A stretch of DNA of 64,000 nt from a virus (taxonomy: Duplodnaviria; Caudoviricetes): the IMG/VR virus record IMGVR_UViG_3300039106_000282, positions 791 through 64,790 of that record. One strand, given 5' to 3'. The position numbers and the translations under genes are program-made. Of the stretch, positions 27,232-37,920 are shown piece by piece. Positions within the stretch are counted from its first letter, which is position 1, and every line of letters starts with the position of its first letter. A model generated the notes under the pieces. The model saw only the letters and a program-made list of their open reading frames with translations. It was not told the DNA's origin and ran no database searches.

Positions 27232-28646
27232 AGGTCATCCAAATGTCTAGCGGCTTTTGAATCAACTGCGAACTTACCTTTACCTATAGATTTTTTACGG
27301 TCATTTTGTACTCTGTCCATCATAGCGTAAAGCGCTTTAGCCCCTGCATCAGTTGACCCGTTACCAATTTCAGATACAATTCTTGAAGGAATGACGAATT
27401 CGTTTGCCGCAAGTCTAGCAGGTTGCTTGCCGCCAATCGTAGCATTTATTGAATCTGAAACCCCGTCACCTGGACCTTTAAGCAGTCTACCGCCATCAGA
27501 GTATCCTCCTAAATCAGAAACACCACCGTGTGCCATCATCTGCACAGAGTCTCCCATATACCCTTGATTGTTTGTCACTTCGTTGCGGTTAGGAATATCG
27601 AGCGTTCCTGGGTTTTGCATCTTTGGCGTTTGGTCGTAGTTATCTAAATCTGTTACACCACCAGCAGCCATCGTTCTGTAAGGTTGGTACGCATTGTTAT
27701 CCCATTTATAGAGACTACGGATTCCTTTCTGCTCTGGCATCGTAGGGTCAGAAGTTAATGCATTATCTAGTGCCATATTAGTTGCACCCCCAATAACCGC
27801 AGAAGTTATACCTGGATTATTTGTAGCAAACTGACCAATCGTACCGCCCATCTGACCTAAACCGCCAGCAGCTGCGCCACCTACACCACCAGATACCGCG
27901 CCAGTTAACATACCTCTGCCAACATCTTTACCTTGAGCACCAGCCATAAGACCGTTAATACCTGCGCCATACACTGCGTTTTCAAGAGCTTGGCCACCTA
28001 TTTTACTCCCTACTTGACTCTCTACACCTGCTTTGTTTAGGAGTTCTTGTCCCCATCCAGGACCTGTAGACCCGTTAAGAAGTACATCACTATTTTGCGG
28101 TACTTCGGCTAGTACATTTAGAGGCTGAGAGTTAGGTAAAGGTTGAGCCATAGGAGGTGGAGTTTGTGCGCCTAACCCTTGAGTAATTACACCTCCTCCT
28201 TGGTCGATAGGTGGGGGTAGCGCTGCCGTTGTAGCTTGACTCGCTGCTGGATTCACTACGGCTTGGCTTGCAGGGTTTACTGCAGCTGTTGGGTCTACAG
28301 CAGGGAGTGCTGATATACCTTGGTTAGCTACTTGCCCTGTGCCTTGCACAGCAGCTTGCTCTGTACCCTGTACAACAGCTTCTTTACCTACCTCCTTACC
28401 TACTTCAGTAGCTACTTCTGCACCTTGTAATGCAGGGGCTGCTGCGGCTAATGCTCCAGAAGCAAGCCCACTAATACCTCCCATTAAAGCGCCTTCACCA
28501 ACATCTCCACCAGTAGCGGCAGATACACCAGCGCCAAGTCCAGCACCAACAGCACCCGTAGCAGCAGCTCCAGCAATACCTCCTACTACAGCACTAGCAC
28601 CTGCACTAATAGCAGCCGCGCTAACCATACTTGCAATAAAACTCAT
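27228..28646 (-). CDS. internal virion protein (Gly/Ala-rich)
   Basis: [39 protein letters not shown] motifs typical of phage ejection proteins. Confidence 0.7.
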   Translation of the reverse strand: MSFIASMVSAAAISAGASAVVGGIAGAAATGAVGAGLGAGVSAATGGDVGEGALMGGISGLASGALAAAAPALQGAEVATEVGKEVGKEAVVQGTEQAAVQGTGQVANQGISALPAVDPTAAVNPASQAVVNPAASQATTAALPPPIDQGGGVITQGLGAQTPPPMAQPLPNSQPLNVLAEVPQNSDVLLNGSTGPGWGQELLNKAGVESQVGSKIGGQALENAVYGAGINGLMAGAQGKDVGRGMLTGAVSGGVGGAAAGGLGQMGGTIGQFATNNPGITSAVIGGATNMALDNALTSDPTMPEQKGIRSLYKWDNNAYQPYRTMAAGGVTDLDNYDQTPKMQNPGTLDIPNRNEVTNNQGYMGDSVQMMAHGGVSDLGGYSDGGRLLKGPGDGVSDSINATIGGKQPARLAANEFVIPSRIVSEIGNGSTDAGAKALYAMMDRVQNDRKKSIGKGKFAVDSKAARHLDDL

Positions 28647-29071
28647 AAACCTTCCCCAATTAACTGTTGTGTTTTTAGCTCGTACTCTTCAAAAGTATCG
28701 GATACAAGCGCTTCTTCGATAGCCTCAACGCTATCAAGGTCAGTTCTATGAACTGTAATAAATGTGCAATCTGTTTCAGCATAGCCTAGGCGTTTGATAC
28801 CGGGCTTATCTACTGTGATGTAAGGTGCGGTAACGACTGTAGAAGTCTCACCGTTTGTGATGCGAAGTGTACCCTGAGCTAGAATACCAATGCTTTCGTG
28901 ATTGTGAATCTTACCTGTAAGCAAACAGCCTTTAGGAATAAAAAGAGACCGACAGTAAACACCTTCTAGATGATAATGCTGTGCGGGAGACTCTACCTGT
29001 GGCATAGCCTTCATAAGGGCTTCTAATTCTAAGATTTTTGGCATATTGCCAAGGGTTGCTAAATCGCTCAC
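28643..29071 (-). CDS. cupin-like hypothetical protein
   Basis: GVYCRSLFIPKG..LTGKIH...PGIKR.GYAETD..FITVH; GTG start with GGAGG RBS. Confidence 0.7.
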   Translation of the reverse strand: MSDLATLGNMPKILELEALMKAMPQVESPAQHYHLEGVYCRSLFIPKGCLLTGKIHNHESIGILAQGTLRITNGETSTVVTAPYITVDKPGIKRLGYAETDCTFITVHRTDLDSVEAIEEALVSDTFEEYELKTQQLIGEGL

Positions 29072-29098
29072 GATACCTCCAAAGTTTAGCTAATAATA

Positions 29099-29728
29099 TC
29101 ATGAGTATAGTGCTGAAACAAACGTAGCGGTAAGGATAACTGGCGGTATTGCAGGTGAGAACGCGTTTGCTGCTTCTGCTTTAATAATAGCGCGAGTATC
29201 ATCAGCAGCCCACATAAGCTGAAAGTAATCCCCCGCGTTCATAGGAAGTACAAAATTCCACGCCGCTACTGACTCAGAAGAGCTAGACCCCGTCAATTGA
29301 AGTTTAGTATTAGACTCTGCAATATCAACACCATTTACTCTAGGCCACACCCATATACCAATATTTGAGCCGCCTGTTTTAGCTAACTGTAAAGAGAACT
29401 GAAAGTTATAATATCCAGCTACGCCTATCTCGATATGAGAGGTTGTTGTTCCAATAGCAACTTGGTTTGACGTAGCTGTGTCAGTGAATGGTATGGCGTA
29501 AGCTGTGTTTATAACAGGTATCGTCTGCTGCGTGGTTAAATAAAAACTACCGTTTGGAAATCTAAACGCTGCTCCACCCGCTATGCTCAGTAATGATTGG
29601 AATACATTATCGAGTTGATTGAAGTAAAGGCGAAGTACGTTGTTTAATTGGTCAATATACTGTTTATCATATTGTATCGTAGCAAAAGGTAAACTTGGTG
29701 CTTTAGGTGTCTGGACTGTATTACTCAT
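29099..29728 (-). CDS. tail-associated protein (C1q/TNF-like beta domain)
   Basis: LRLYFNQLDN; AGYYNFQFSLQL...NAGDYFQLMW. Confidence 0.6.
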   Translation of the reverse strand: MSNTVQTPKAPSLPFATIQYDKQYIDQLNNVLRLYFNQLDNVFQSLLSIAGGAAFRFPNGSFYLTTQQTIPVINTAYAIPFTDTATSNQVAIGTTTSHIEIGVAGYYNFQFSLQLAKTGGSNIGIWVWPRVNGVDIAESNTKLQLTGSSSSESVAAWNFVLPMNAGDYFQLMWAADDTRAIIKAEAANAFSPAIPPVILTATFVSALYS

Positions 29729-29734
29729 TTAGTA

Positions 29735-31831
29735 TCAACCCCTTGCGCCGTCTAGTTTGAAATCGAGTCGCATAGCGCCAAGCTGCCACATAGACCCTAG
29801 CTGTTCATTCTCAACCTTAAAAGAGAACTGTCTGCCACGTACACGAATAAATACCTGCCCTGTGAACTGTTCAATAGGCACAACAGCAGTTCTTGTAATC
29901 ACTGCATTATCACTGCCGCCAACAGAAGCTGGCGTTGTATACCCACTCCCTGCATTTACCAAAGGTATTACACTAAGAGTAGCCGCTGGGTTATCGGTTG
30001 TAGAGCCTCTAAAAGTTAAATCGGGCAACACTCTGCGGATAAATACAAAATTATGCCCATCATCAATATCAAACTCAGAGCTTGTGATATAAGCATGAAT
30101 AGCAGTAGATGTTGAAGTTTCATTATCGTCAAGCCCGTCTTCATGATTTACTAAGTTCTTAGTATAGGTAGCTGCAATGGGGTAATCTAAAATCCCAGAG
30201 TCTAGCCAAGCGGTGCGACCCATCGTACCGTAATACCATATATCTTCAGCATAATTATAGATTGCGTATTTATCCACAACCGTACTACCTGAGCTACAGT
30301 AGAACCACCAAACTTCATTAAATCCTTCGTTAGTACTAGCAAACACTTGCTCTGCTTGTTGTACATTAAAGTTTCCAAAGATGTATTCTCGTAAGTCGCA
30401 GTTTTGAGTCTGCACACGTCCATCGTATTTATAAAACTTATCACGCCCCATCCAGTAAACTACGCCAGAAGCTAGAGCCGCTGCATTTTGCCCTATGATA
30501 GAGATGTTATCGCCTAGAAGCTGTGCGTTCCATACCAGCGGATACCCCAAATACTGCATAGAATAAAGAGTCGAGTCAGTCCAAACTAATATCTCTTGGC
30601 GAGACTGTAGTGCTGTAATAATCTGAGAACCGCGAGTAAGGCTTAGTGAACCCGCTTGGTTAGTGGTAGAAGGCGTCCAGTCAGCCGCATTCTCTTGGTC
30701 AGACCAGCGTACTAGCAGTGGGTTTTGAGTAGATACACCGTAGTCATTACAACCAAAAGCAAATACAAAGCGGAAAGTGTCTGATACGGTAATATAGTTT
30801 TGAATAGTGGGGACATCCAATGCACCATTAATAGTCGTTAGATTTACTGCGCGTACTGAGATAGACTGCGTGCCTGACTGTGTACCTGTAGTATTAATTA
30901 AAGCCCCTGATGGCGTAGCGGATACATTAAATATCCCTGCAACATAGTTGCGCACATAATAAGTTGTTCCAGCGGCAAGCCCTGTAGGTAGAGCACCAGA
31001 TGTTTCAAACACTATAGGTGCGCCTTCGGTATAGTGGTCTGTAGCTGTAATAACCGCAGGGGTTGCTATCGTAATCGTTGCAGTGGTACTTGCAAACCCT
31101 CTGTCTGCATAATAGTAATACATCGCCCCCGTGCGAGGACCAAAGATTAAGTCTTGCCCGTAGTTGCTCTGTGACCATAAGCGAAGTGAGTCGGACGATG
31201 CTTGTCCTGTACCCCAAGAGCCACTACCCCACGCCCCTGCACCCCAACCGCTAGTGGGTGTTTGATATTCTGGACCTGTTGATATCTGATAGACAGCCCG
31301 TACCGTACCGCCATTTCCAGTATCTGAACTGTTCGCCGCATACCCTACATTAATCGTATAAGTATTAGCAGATACATAGGTGATTTTATATTCGCGGTTA
31401 AGTAGTGACGCTGTAATCGTACCGCCAAGACCCGTTGCACCGTTATAAGTAACATAGTCTCCATTTTCACACCCATGCCCTGCGTGTGTTACCGAAATAA
31501 CAGATGAGCCAGTAGTTGCTGTAAAAGGGCTAGTTAGTGTAGTGGCTATGCGTATAGGCGTAATATCGTAGTAGTCTCCTCCACGAGAGATATAGAATTT
31601 CTCATTAGTCCCAACACCTATAAGCGTGACTTGTCCAAGCGTTTCCCAAGCCCATAGTGAACGGCATATCCCTGCAAAGAGACTACTGGATATCTTATTC
31701 CACCCACCTATTTTCTGAGGAGTACCTTGACGAAACCGAATCTTATCGCAGTCATACCATCCACCTTCTGTATATAGGCGCGTGTTTTCGCGATTGACTC
31801 CGCTCTTGACCGAGAGCTTTTTTAACACCAT
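29735..31831 (-). CDS. tail nozzle/tubular protein B-like (packaged DNA stabilisation)
   Basis: 698 aa beta-rich; W.D...IRFR.G.PQKIGGW, VRWSDQE, FNEVWWFY, RVRGRQ. Confidence 0.75.
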   Translation of the reverse strand: MVLKKLSVKSGVNRENTRLYTEGGWYDCDKIRFRQGTPQKIGGWNKISSSLFAGICRSLWAWETLGQVTLIGVGTNEKFYISRGGDYYDITPIRIATTLTSPFTATTGSSVISVTHAGHGCENGDYVTYNGATGLGGTITASLLNREYKITYVSANTYTINVGYAANSSDTGNGGTVRAVYQISTGPEYQTPTSGWGAGAWGSGSWGTGQASSDSLRLWSQSNYGQDLIFGPRTGAMYYYYADRGFASTTATITIATPAVITATDHYTEGAPIVFETSGALPTGLAAGTTYYVRNYVAGIFNVSATPSGALINTTGTQSGTQSISVRAVNLTTINGALDVPTIQNYITVSDTFRFVFAFGCNDYGVSTQNPLLVRWSDQENAADWTPSTTNQAGSLSLTRGSQIITALQSRQEILVWTDSTLYSMQYLGYPLVWNAQLLGDNISIIGQNAAALASGVVYWMGRDKFYKYDGRVQTQNCDLREYIFGNFNVQQAEQVFASTNEGFNEVWWFYCSSGSTVVDKYAIYNYAEDIWYYGTMGRTAWLDSGILDYPIAATYTKNLVNHEDGLDDNETSTSTAIHAYITSSEFDIDDGHNFVFIRRVLPDLTFRGSTTDNPAATLSVIPLVNAGSGYTTPASVGGSDNAVITRTAVVPIEQFTGQVFIRVRGRQFSFKVENEQLGSMWQLGAMRLDFKLDGARG

Positions 31832-31855
31832 TTTATTCCACCCTTAATCAAGAGA

Positions 31856-32305
31856 TTAGTCCTGTTTTAAAAACAACTCAGCTTCAGCGTTTCTACGTCT
31901 TGTTAAGCCTGCAAGTGGTTTGCCGCCTGCTTTGTCCCAGCGTAGGAATTGCTTGGCTACTTCTGATTTAGGCTCACCCGCTTTAAGCATCTTGACAAGC
32001 GTTGAAGAGACAAAGTTCCCACTGCCGATGTTATAGCATAGAGAAACTAAAGCGTCATATTCATTCTGTGTAAGCTCAACACCTACCGTATTTACTGTGT
32101 GTTCGTAGGTGGCTACTGTTTTAGTAAGTAGCATTAATGCCGCTCCTTCATTTGGGAGAGCTTGATTTGCTTTTACAGGACTACCGTCTGCATAGCGCGT
32201 TGAGCCAATACCAATAGTCCAAACACCTGCTGGACATTTATAAGAGAGTAGTTTGCACCCTTCAAACTCTTTAATTAACTTTAACCCTTCAGCACCAATT
32301 TTCAT
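31856..32305 (-). CDS. endolysin, GH24 lysozyme
   Basis: IKEFEG..L..Y.CPAGVWTIGIG, YNIG, GLTRRRNAE. Confidence 0.93.
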   Translation of the reverse strand: MKIGAEGLKLIKEFEGCKLLSYKCPAGVWTIGIGSTRYADGSPVKANQALPNEGAALMLLTKTVATYEHTVNTVGVELTQNEYDALVSLCYNIGSGNFVSSTLVKMLKAGEPKSEVAKQFLRWDKAGGKPLAGLTRRRNAEAELFLKQD

Positions 32306-32547
32306 TTCTTCCCTCTCATTAGTAGTATGGTAGTGAGCTTTTGACTTAGGCGTATCATATCATTATCTAGCACACGAATCTGGTCAATTAACTCAATTAA
32401 GGCATCCATCGCTTCTTGCAAAATCGGCTTAACTATTGTGGTCACCCAAATCCAAACAAAGTACACGATATACCCCATGCCGCCAGCCGCTACGATAGGA
32501 AAGCCATACACGTTAATATATTTTGCAATTGCTTCAGCGTCCATCAT
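32302..32547 (-). CDS. holin-like membrane protein
   Basis: One TM helix (YGFPIVAAGGMGYIVYFVW) plus coiled coil; adjacent to the lysozyme. Confidence 0.55.
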   Translation of the reverse strand: MMDAEAIAKYINVYGFPIVAAGGMGYIVYFVWIWVTTIVKPILQEAMDALIELIDQIRVLDNDMIRLSQKLTTILLMRGKK

Positions 32548-32795
32548 TCTACCTTCTTGATTGGTTTTTCTGGTGTTATTTCGAGTGCTTGCGATACTAA
32601 ACTGTCGATATTGAGGATGTCGTTTGACATACCCGTCACTCGTTTATCAAGTTGCTTGATAATACCGATAAGGCTTTTAATCTTCTCAAGCACACTATCA
32701 AGCAGGAACTTTAGCGTCAAAAATACAAAGTACATCCCAAGGCAGGATGAACCAATAGGAAACCCAACATCAGTTATAAATTGAAGGATTTCCAT
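32544..32795 (-). CDS. holin-like membrane protein (paralogue of the previous gene)
   Basis: VGFPIG...GMYFVF TM helix and LD.R...M.ND motif shared with its neighbour. Confidence 0.55.
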   Translation of the reverse strand: MEILQFITDVGFPIGSSCLGMYFVFLTLKFLLDSVLEKIKSLIGIIKQLDKRVTGMSNDILNIDSLVSQALEITPEKPIKKVE

Positions 32796-32798
32796 TAT

Positions 32799-33848
32799 TT
32801 AAGTTGAAGTTGCATAAAGTGGATAGGTACTACTGTCATACCCAACTGCTACAAATAACCCAGAGCTATTTACTGTGACTGAAAGCATTCGTGCATAAGT
32901 TGAACTACCATTCATAGCTGCTGGTGTAGTCCATGTAGACCCATTACTTGAAGTTGCATAAACTGGATAATCACTAAGGTTATTCCCTACTGCGACAAAT
33001 AGCCCAGAGCCATTTACTGTTACTGATGGCATATATGCATATACAGAACTACCGTTCATAAGAGCGGGAGTAGTCCACGTAGAACCATTACTTGAAGTTG
33101 CATATAGTGGGTACCCACTACTGCTATTCCCAACAGCTACAAATAATCCAGAGCTATTTACTGTTACTGAAAGCATAGATGCAATTACTGAACTACCATT
33201 CATAAGAGCGGGAGTAGTCCACGTAGAACCATTACTTGAAGTTGCATAAACTGGGTAATTACTACCGTTATACCCTACAGCTACAAATAGCCCAGAACTA
33301 TTTACTGTAACTGACAGCATTCGTGCAATTACAGAACTACCATTCATAAGAGCGGGAGTAGTCCATGTAGACCCATTACTTGAAGTTGCATAAACTGGAT
33401 AAGTGTTACTATCAAACCCTACCGCTACAAATAGTCCAGAGCTATTTACTGTAACTGAAGTCATAAATGCAATTACTGAACTACCATTCATAAGTGCTGG
33501 TGTAGTCCATGTAGAACCATTACTTGAAGTTGCATATAGTGGGTAACCGTCAGTATCATACCCAACAGCTACAAATAATCCAGAACTATTAACTGTTACT
33601 GAAGTCATTAGTGCATAAGTTGAACTACCATTCATAGCTGCTGGCGTAGTCCACGTAGAACCATCACTTGAAGTTGCATAAAATGGACGAGTACTAGAAC
33701 CGTACCCTACAGCTACAAACAATCCAGAACTATTAATTGTTACTGAACTCATTACTGCAGGGGATGCACTACCATTCATAAGTGCTGGTGTAGTAAACCC
33801 AAACAGTTTGTTAACCCCTGCAAGGATAACTTGCATAATACCCGTCAT
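32799..33848 (-). CDS. 7x48-aa repeat protein, likely beta-propeller adhesin/tail-tip protein
   Basis: Seven near-identical repeats with an Asp-box-like S-S-(N/D)-G-S-T-W motif; 144-bp DNA periodicity. Confidence 0.8.
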   Translation of the reverse strand: MTGIMQVILAGVNKLFGFTTPALMNGSASPAVMSSVTINSSGLFVAVGYGSSTRPFYATSSDGSTWTTPAAMNGSSTYALMTSVTVNSSGLFVAVGYDTDGYPLYATSSNGSTWTTPALMNGSSVIAFMTSVTVNSSGLFVAVGFDSNTYPVYATSSNGSTWTTPALMNGSSVIARMLSVTVNSSGLFVAVGYNGSNYPVYATSSNGSTWTTPALMNGSSVIASMLSVTVNSSGLFVAVGNSSSGYPLYATSSNGSTWTTPALMNGSSVYAYMPSVTVNGSGLFVAVGNNLSDYPVYATSSNGSTWTTPAAMNGSSTYARMLSVTVNSSGLFVAVGYDSSTYPLYATST

Positions 33849-35263
33849 GACACATTACCCGACACAACGCAAACTGTTGCACTAACAAATAGAATCGTAG
33901 CAATACCGCGAGTAGCTAATGTAATAGATGTTTTAACTGTATTTGCCCCTGCAATATAGGCTGTAGGCGCAGTAGTTGTAATGGTGATACTACCTGTCGT
34001 ATTGTTAAAAATAGAAATAGCATCGCCATTTGCAAACGTAGAAGTCGGTACGACAATAGAGCCACTTGTTCCAACCCCAACGTATTTACCAACATCTCCA
34101 GTAACTAACGTATATGCAGTAGTTTTATCTGAGCCTGTTTGCGGGATATTTTTATACCCGACTGCATTTGTTCCGTCAACCGTACAAGATGATAGCGTAC
34201 CGCTAGAAGGTGTACCTAACGCACCGCCAGTTGAGTATTTACCATTAAACGTAGACCAGTCTGTTGGGCTTAATGCGCCTCTATTTGATGCACTTGCTGT
34301 TGGGATATTTAGCGTAATAACTGGTGTTGTTGTGCTGTTCGCAACTGTTGATGAAACATCTGTGCCCGTAGTCCCTAATGTTAAAGCCGCAACAGAAGTG
34401 ACTGTACCAGCAGAAGTAGAAGGAGGTTGCCAACTAGGTGCCGCAGTACCATTAGACGTTAACACATAAGTGGCTGTTCCAGCAGCAAGCATGGCTGTTG
34501 TACCTGAAGCTGTTTGGTAAGGCAGTTGCCCTGCTCCGCCGCCTGCTAAGTTAGTTGCTGTAGTTGCCGTTAATGCATTACCTGTTGTACTTTGGTTAAG
34601 TGTTGGGAAATCGCCAGCTACTGCAATTGTGAGTGCACCTGTACTTGTTGTACTTTTTAAAATACCCGTAGCAAGAGCTGATGTACCAGCACTAAAATCT
34701 GTACCTGACGTTGCTGCTGAAATAGCTGTACCGTTACCTTTTAAAACTCCAGAAATACTAGTAGTTAATGTAATTGCAGGGGTTGATGTAGGGTTAGCTA
34801 CTGTGCCTGTAAATCCGTTTGCGCTGACAACGGATAGTGTTGTTACTGTACCACTAGAAGAGGGAGATACCGCTGTTACGAAATCAGACCCATTCCATAC
34901 CACTAATGCACTTTTATTAGTAGGGATACTAATACCCGTAGTAGATGCACCTTTAAGGACTACCGCTGCATCGGATTGGTTAACAACAAAGTATCCTTTA
35001 CTTCTAGCAGGGGCAATAATATTACGTGATACACCCGGTGTTCCTGTAGCGATAAGGATAGCACAGCGTGCTTGGTTAGGTGCACCAGAGCCTGTGTCCG
35101 TTAAAGTCCAGTCCCCAGAAGTTACACTCGCTGTTGCCGTCCCTGCAATTGCATCGTCAAGTGATTGGGTAATACTATTATTTACGGTAGTTCCCCATGT
35201 TCCAGTAAGCTCACCTGGAACTGGAAGGGCTAAACCTAAAAGCGTGGTATAAGCTGTTGTCAT
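33845..35263 (-). CDS. tail fibre protein
   Basis: GTWGTTVN N-terminus; GTVTSV repeats; T/G/S/A-rich. Confidence 0.8.
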   Translation of the reverse strand: MTTAYTTLLGLALPVPGELTGTWGTTVNNSITQSLDDAIAGTATASVTSGDWTLTDTGSGAPNQARCAILIATGTPGVSRNIIAPARSKGYFVVNQSDAAVVLKGASTTGISIPTNKSALVVWNGSDFVTAVSPSSSGTVTTLSVVSANGFTGTVANPTSTPAITLTTSISGVLKGNGTAISAATSGTDFSAGTSALATGILKSTTSTGALTIAVAGDFPTLNQSTTGNALTATTATNLAGGGAGQLPYQTASGTTAMLAAGTATYVLTSNGTAAPSWQPPSTSAGTVTSVAALTLGTTGTDVSSTVANSTTTPVITLNIPTASASNRGALSPTDWSTFNGKYSTGGALGTPSSGTLSSCTVDGTNAVGYKNIPQTGSDKTTAYTLVTGDVGKYVGVGTSGSIVVPTSTFANGDAISIFNNTTGSITITTTAPTAYIAGANTVKTSITLATRGIATILFVSATVCVVSGNVS

Positions 35264-35267
35264 GTTT

Positions 35268-36812
35268 TTAACCTGATGTGTTAATTGGACCCCAATTAGG
35301 AGTTTGTGTTGTGCTTACTGCACCCCAGTTAGCGGTTTGTGTTGTAGATATATTACCCCAATTTGCCGTCTGTGTGTCGTCAATATTTTCCCAAAGTAAG
35401 CGTCCTACAAAGGTGCCTTCTGTTGCAATGAGCGTTTCAATAACAAACACATTAGATGTGCCATTTGGATAATAAGCATCTTGTGCATCACCTATGGCTG
35501 ATACAGACACATTGTACGTACTTCCCGCTGCACTATAACCGTCATCAGCAACTAACGGAGAATCGATATACGCATATAAATACGCCGCTACAGCGTAGCT
35601 GTCAGCTAACGTAACTGTCTCAGTAATATCTACAGATTTTGATACATCCCCAACCTCAGAAGCAAGTGCTGTTAATATCTCTTCGTACGCTGAAATATAT
35701 TCTAAACTTACTGTGTACGCATCTGTTGAAATTACGGTGTCTGACACTGTTGCGTAATACGTTGACCCTGCTACTATATATAAATCAGCAGAGGTAACAC
35801 TTTCAAAGAACGTAACATTATAGGTACTACCCGATGCACTATACGCATCAGTTGAGGTTAAAGTTTCAACTACATAACCCAGTATAGGCACTACGCCTAT
35901 TGTGTAATCGTCAGAAGCGGTTGCGGTCTCAGTAATATCTAAGTAAGTATTTGAAGCAAACTCATATACATCATCAAGTGTACCGTATTCAACAACATTC
36001 ACATCAAACGGTGTACCGTTATCAAACACATCAATTGCTGAAACACTTTCTGTAAGCGTTAGCTGAGTACCACTAATTGAGCTAAATGCGGTAATAACAG
36101 GCGCAGATTCTGTAATTAACCCAACTCGATTAAATGTATTAGTAAACTCGTCTGTAGGCGTTGCTGTCTCTACAACTGGCGCTGATTGCGTTAATGCACC
36201 TACACTGCTATCGGTTGCTGTTAAGTCTTCTGGTTGGTCTGCGCGTGAGGTGCCTATAGAAGTAAATACATCATCTGTTGTTAAGGTCTCTTCTATATTA
36301 CCAACATTACCCGATATACCGTCAACAGTAGAAGATGCTGTAACAGTCTCAGACACATCCATTCTATTGATTGGAGTAGATCCGGCATAAGAATCATCCA
36401 CTGTTACTGATTCAGAAACAGACGCTCCGTATTCAATAAGTACATCAAAGCTATCACTTGCGGTAAGCGTTTCAATAAGGTCGACAACTTTGAACGTGCT
36501 AGGGACAATCGTAAGACCGGCAATCGGCGCAGCGGCAAATGGCGTAAACCCAAATAAACTTGCTACTTCATCAAAGGGCGTTTGGTATACATCAGAGGCA
36601 GTGACTGATTCAGATACTGAGACAACATAGTTAATACCGCCAGACAGACTATCTGACGCTGTTGCGCTTTCTGTTAAATAAGCGTGGTTGTCTAAGCCTA
36701 TATACGCATCGGTAGCCGTTAGTGTTTCAGTGATACCAACTTCAACAATAATTGGACCACTATTGGGTAGCAGTGCAATCGGATACTCTGCAAAGGCTAC
36801 TAACCCAAACAT
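35268..36812 (-). CDS. acidic repetitive tail/fibre protein
   Basis: Recurrent E(T/S)xTxxD units; C-terminal TTQTANWG repeats. Confidence 0.7.
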   Translation of the reverse strand: MFGLVAFAEYPIALLPNSGPIIVEVGITETLTATDAYIGLDNHAYLTESATASDSLSGGINYVVSVSESVTASDVYQTPFDEVASLFGFTPFAAAPIAGLTIVPSTFKVVDLIETLTASDSFDVLIEYGASVSESVTVDDSYAGSTPINRMDVSETVTASSTVDGISGNVGNIEETLTTDDVFTSIGTSRADQPEDLTATDSSVGALTQSAPVVETATPTDEFTNTFNRVGLITESAPVITAFSSISGTQLTLTESVSAIDVFDNGTPFDVNVVEYGTLDDVYEFASNTYLDITETATASDDYTIGVVPILGYVVETLTSTDAYSASGSTYNVTFFESVTSADLYIVAGSTYYATVSDTVISTDAYTVSLEYISAYEEILTALASEVGDVSKSVDITETVTLADSYAVAAYLYAYIDSPLVADDGYSAAGSTYNVSVSAIGDAQDAYYPNGTSNVFVIETLIATEGTFVGRLLWENIDDTQTANWGNISTTQTANWGAVSTTQTPNWGPINTSG

Positions 36813-36816
36813 ACTT

Positions 36817-37251
36817 TTATGGTGCTACTGGAAAATCTACAGTGAAAGGAAACCCTGCTTGCAAGGTAATATCTCTAAGTGCTTGGCGATAAACTGCCCA
36901 CACTGCTTTGTCTACAGGTGCATCAGCTACTTGTGTCCAGTCTGATTGTGTGAGTAGCATATTGCGTCTATAGCGTACTTCATTGGCTTTTTGAGTATTT
37001 TCAGCGTCAAGCTCAACTGGTGTTTTATTCTCAACAATTACGTCATACACTACGCTATTTTCAATATACGGCTCAACTGAGGTTAGTTTTTCTGTTTGTG
37101 AATGCACTTTGTCAGACTGTATCTGGTACGCATTGCGTTCCTGCGCCCACATTAAATCAAGACCTTCTGGTGGAAACGATACGTTAGGAAACACCTCTGT
37201 ATGCTCACCGTGAGATAAGATTTGGTTATTTTCAATTATGGCTATTTTCAT
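36817..37251 (-). CDS. tail fibre assembly chaperone
   Basis: RNMLLTQSDWTQVADAP...WAVYRQALRDIT.Q.GFP. Confidence 0.85.
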   Translation of the reverse strand: MKIAIIENNQILSHGEHTEVFPNVSFPPEGLDLMWAQERNAYQIQSDKVHSQTEKLTSVEPYIENSVVYDVIVENKTPVELDAENTQKANEVRYRRNMLLTQSDWTQVADAPVDKAVWAVYRQALRDITLQAGFPFTVDFPVAP

Positions 37252-37260
37252 GTTTTTATC

Positions 37261-37920
37261 CTATGACGTTGGTAGTGGTGCTGTAGGCGGCGTAAACGTA
37301 GCCGTATATCTAGCGATACCTTTTGTTATTCGTAAGTCTTGAATACCACCATTAAAATACGCATCTCCGTTTCCACTATCCCCAATAAACATTTTTGTAT
37401 TAGACCAATTTTGAGAGTTAGTAGCTGACGTATCCGCAACACCGTTTACAAAAAGACGATTGGTAGACCCAGAGCGAGTAACTGTTACATACGTCCACGC
37501 TCCAGCCGTTATAGGTAAAGTGCCTAGAACAATATCAGCGGTTGCATAAGCCCTTAATTTAATTACATTCCCAATAACTAAGAAAACCATTGATGAAGCC
37601 GCATAGTCTTGCTGGGCAGTAATATACTTTTCACCGCTAGTATTGGTTATTTTAACCCATGCTTCGATAGTGAAATCTCCCGTACCCATCGCATACCCAG
37701 CATTTGTTCCAGCACTCATTCTGCTGGAGCCGTTAAATCCTAAAGAACTGGGTGAAAACTTATATGACGTTGTGTCTAATGTTACGCCACTATTCGTTAT
37801 TGTTTTTTGAGGTGTTGAGTTATCCGATGTTAACTTAGAACCCGTCATCAAAAGTGTTACATAGCTGTAATAAGGGTCACCACCCCCTCCCATACTAGCA
37901 AACCTCGATAGCATACTCAT
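37261..37920 (-). CDS. LamG/concanavalin A-like lectin domain tail protein
   Basis: GTGDFTIEAWV, RLFVNG, IQDLRITKGIARY. Confidence 0.85.
   Translation of the reverse strand: MSMLSRFASMGGGGDPYYSYVTLLMTGSKLTSDNSTPQKTITNSGVTLDTTSYKFSPSSLGFNGSSRMSAGTNAGYAMGTGDFTIEAWVKITNTSGEKYITAQQDYAASSMVFLVIGNVIKLRAYATADIVLGTLPITAGAWTYVTVTRSGSTNRLFVNGVADTSATNSQNWSNTKMFIGDSGNGDAYFNGGIQDLRITKGIARYTATFTPPTAPLPTS

Noticed and set aside
32799-33848. Diversity-generating retroelement target
   Set aside because: No reverse transcriptase or non-coding template repeat in the window; the repeats are in-frame tandem units.
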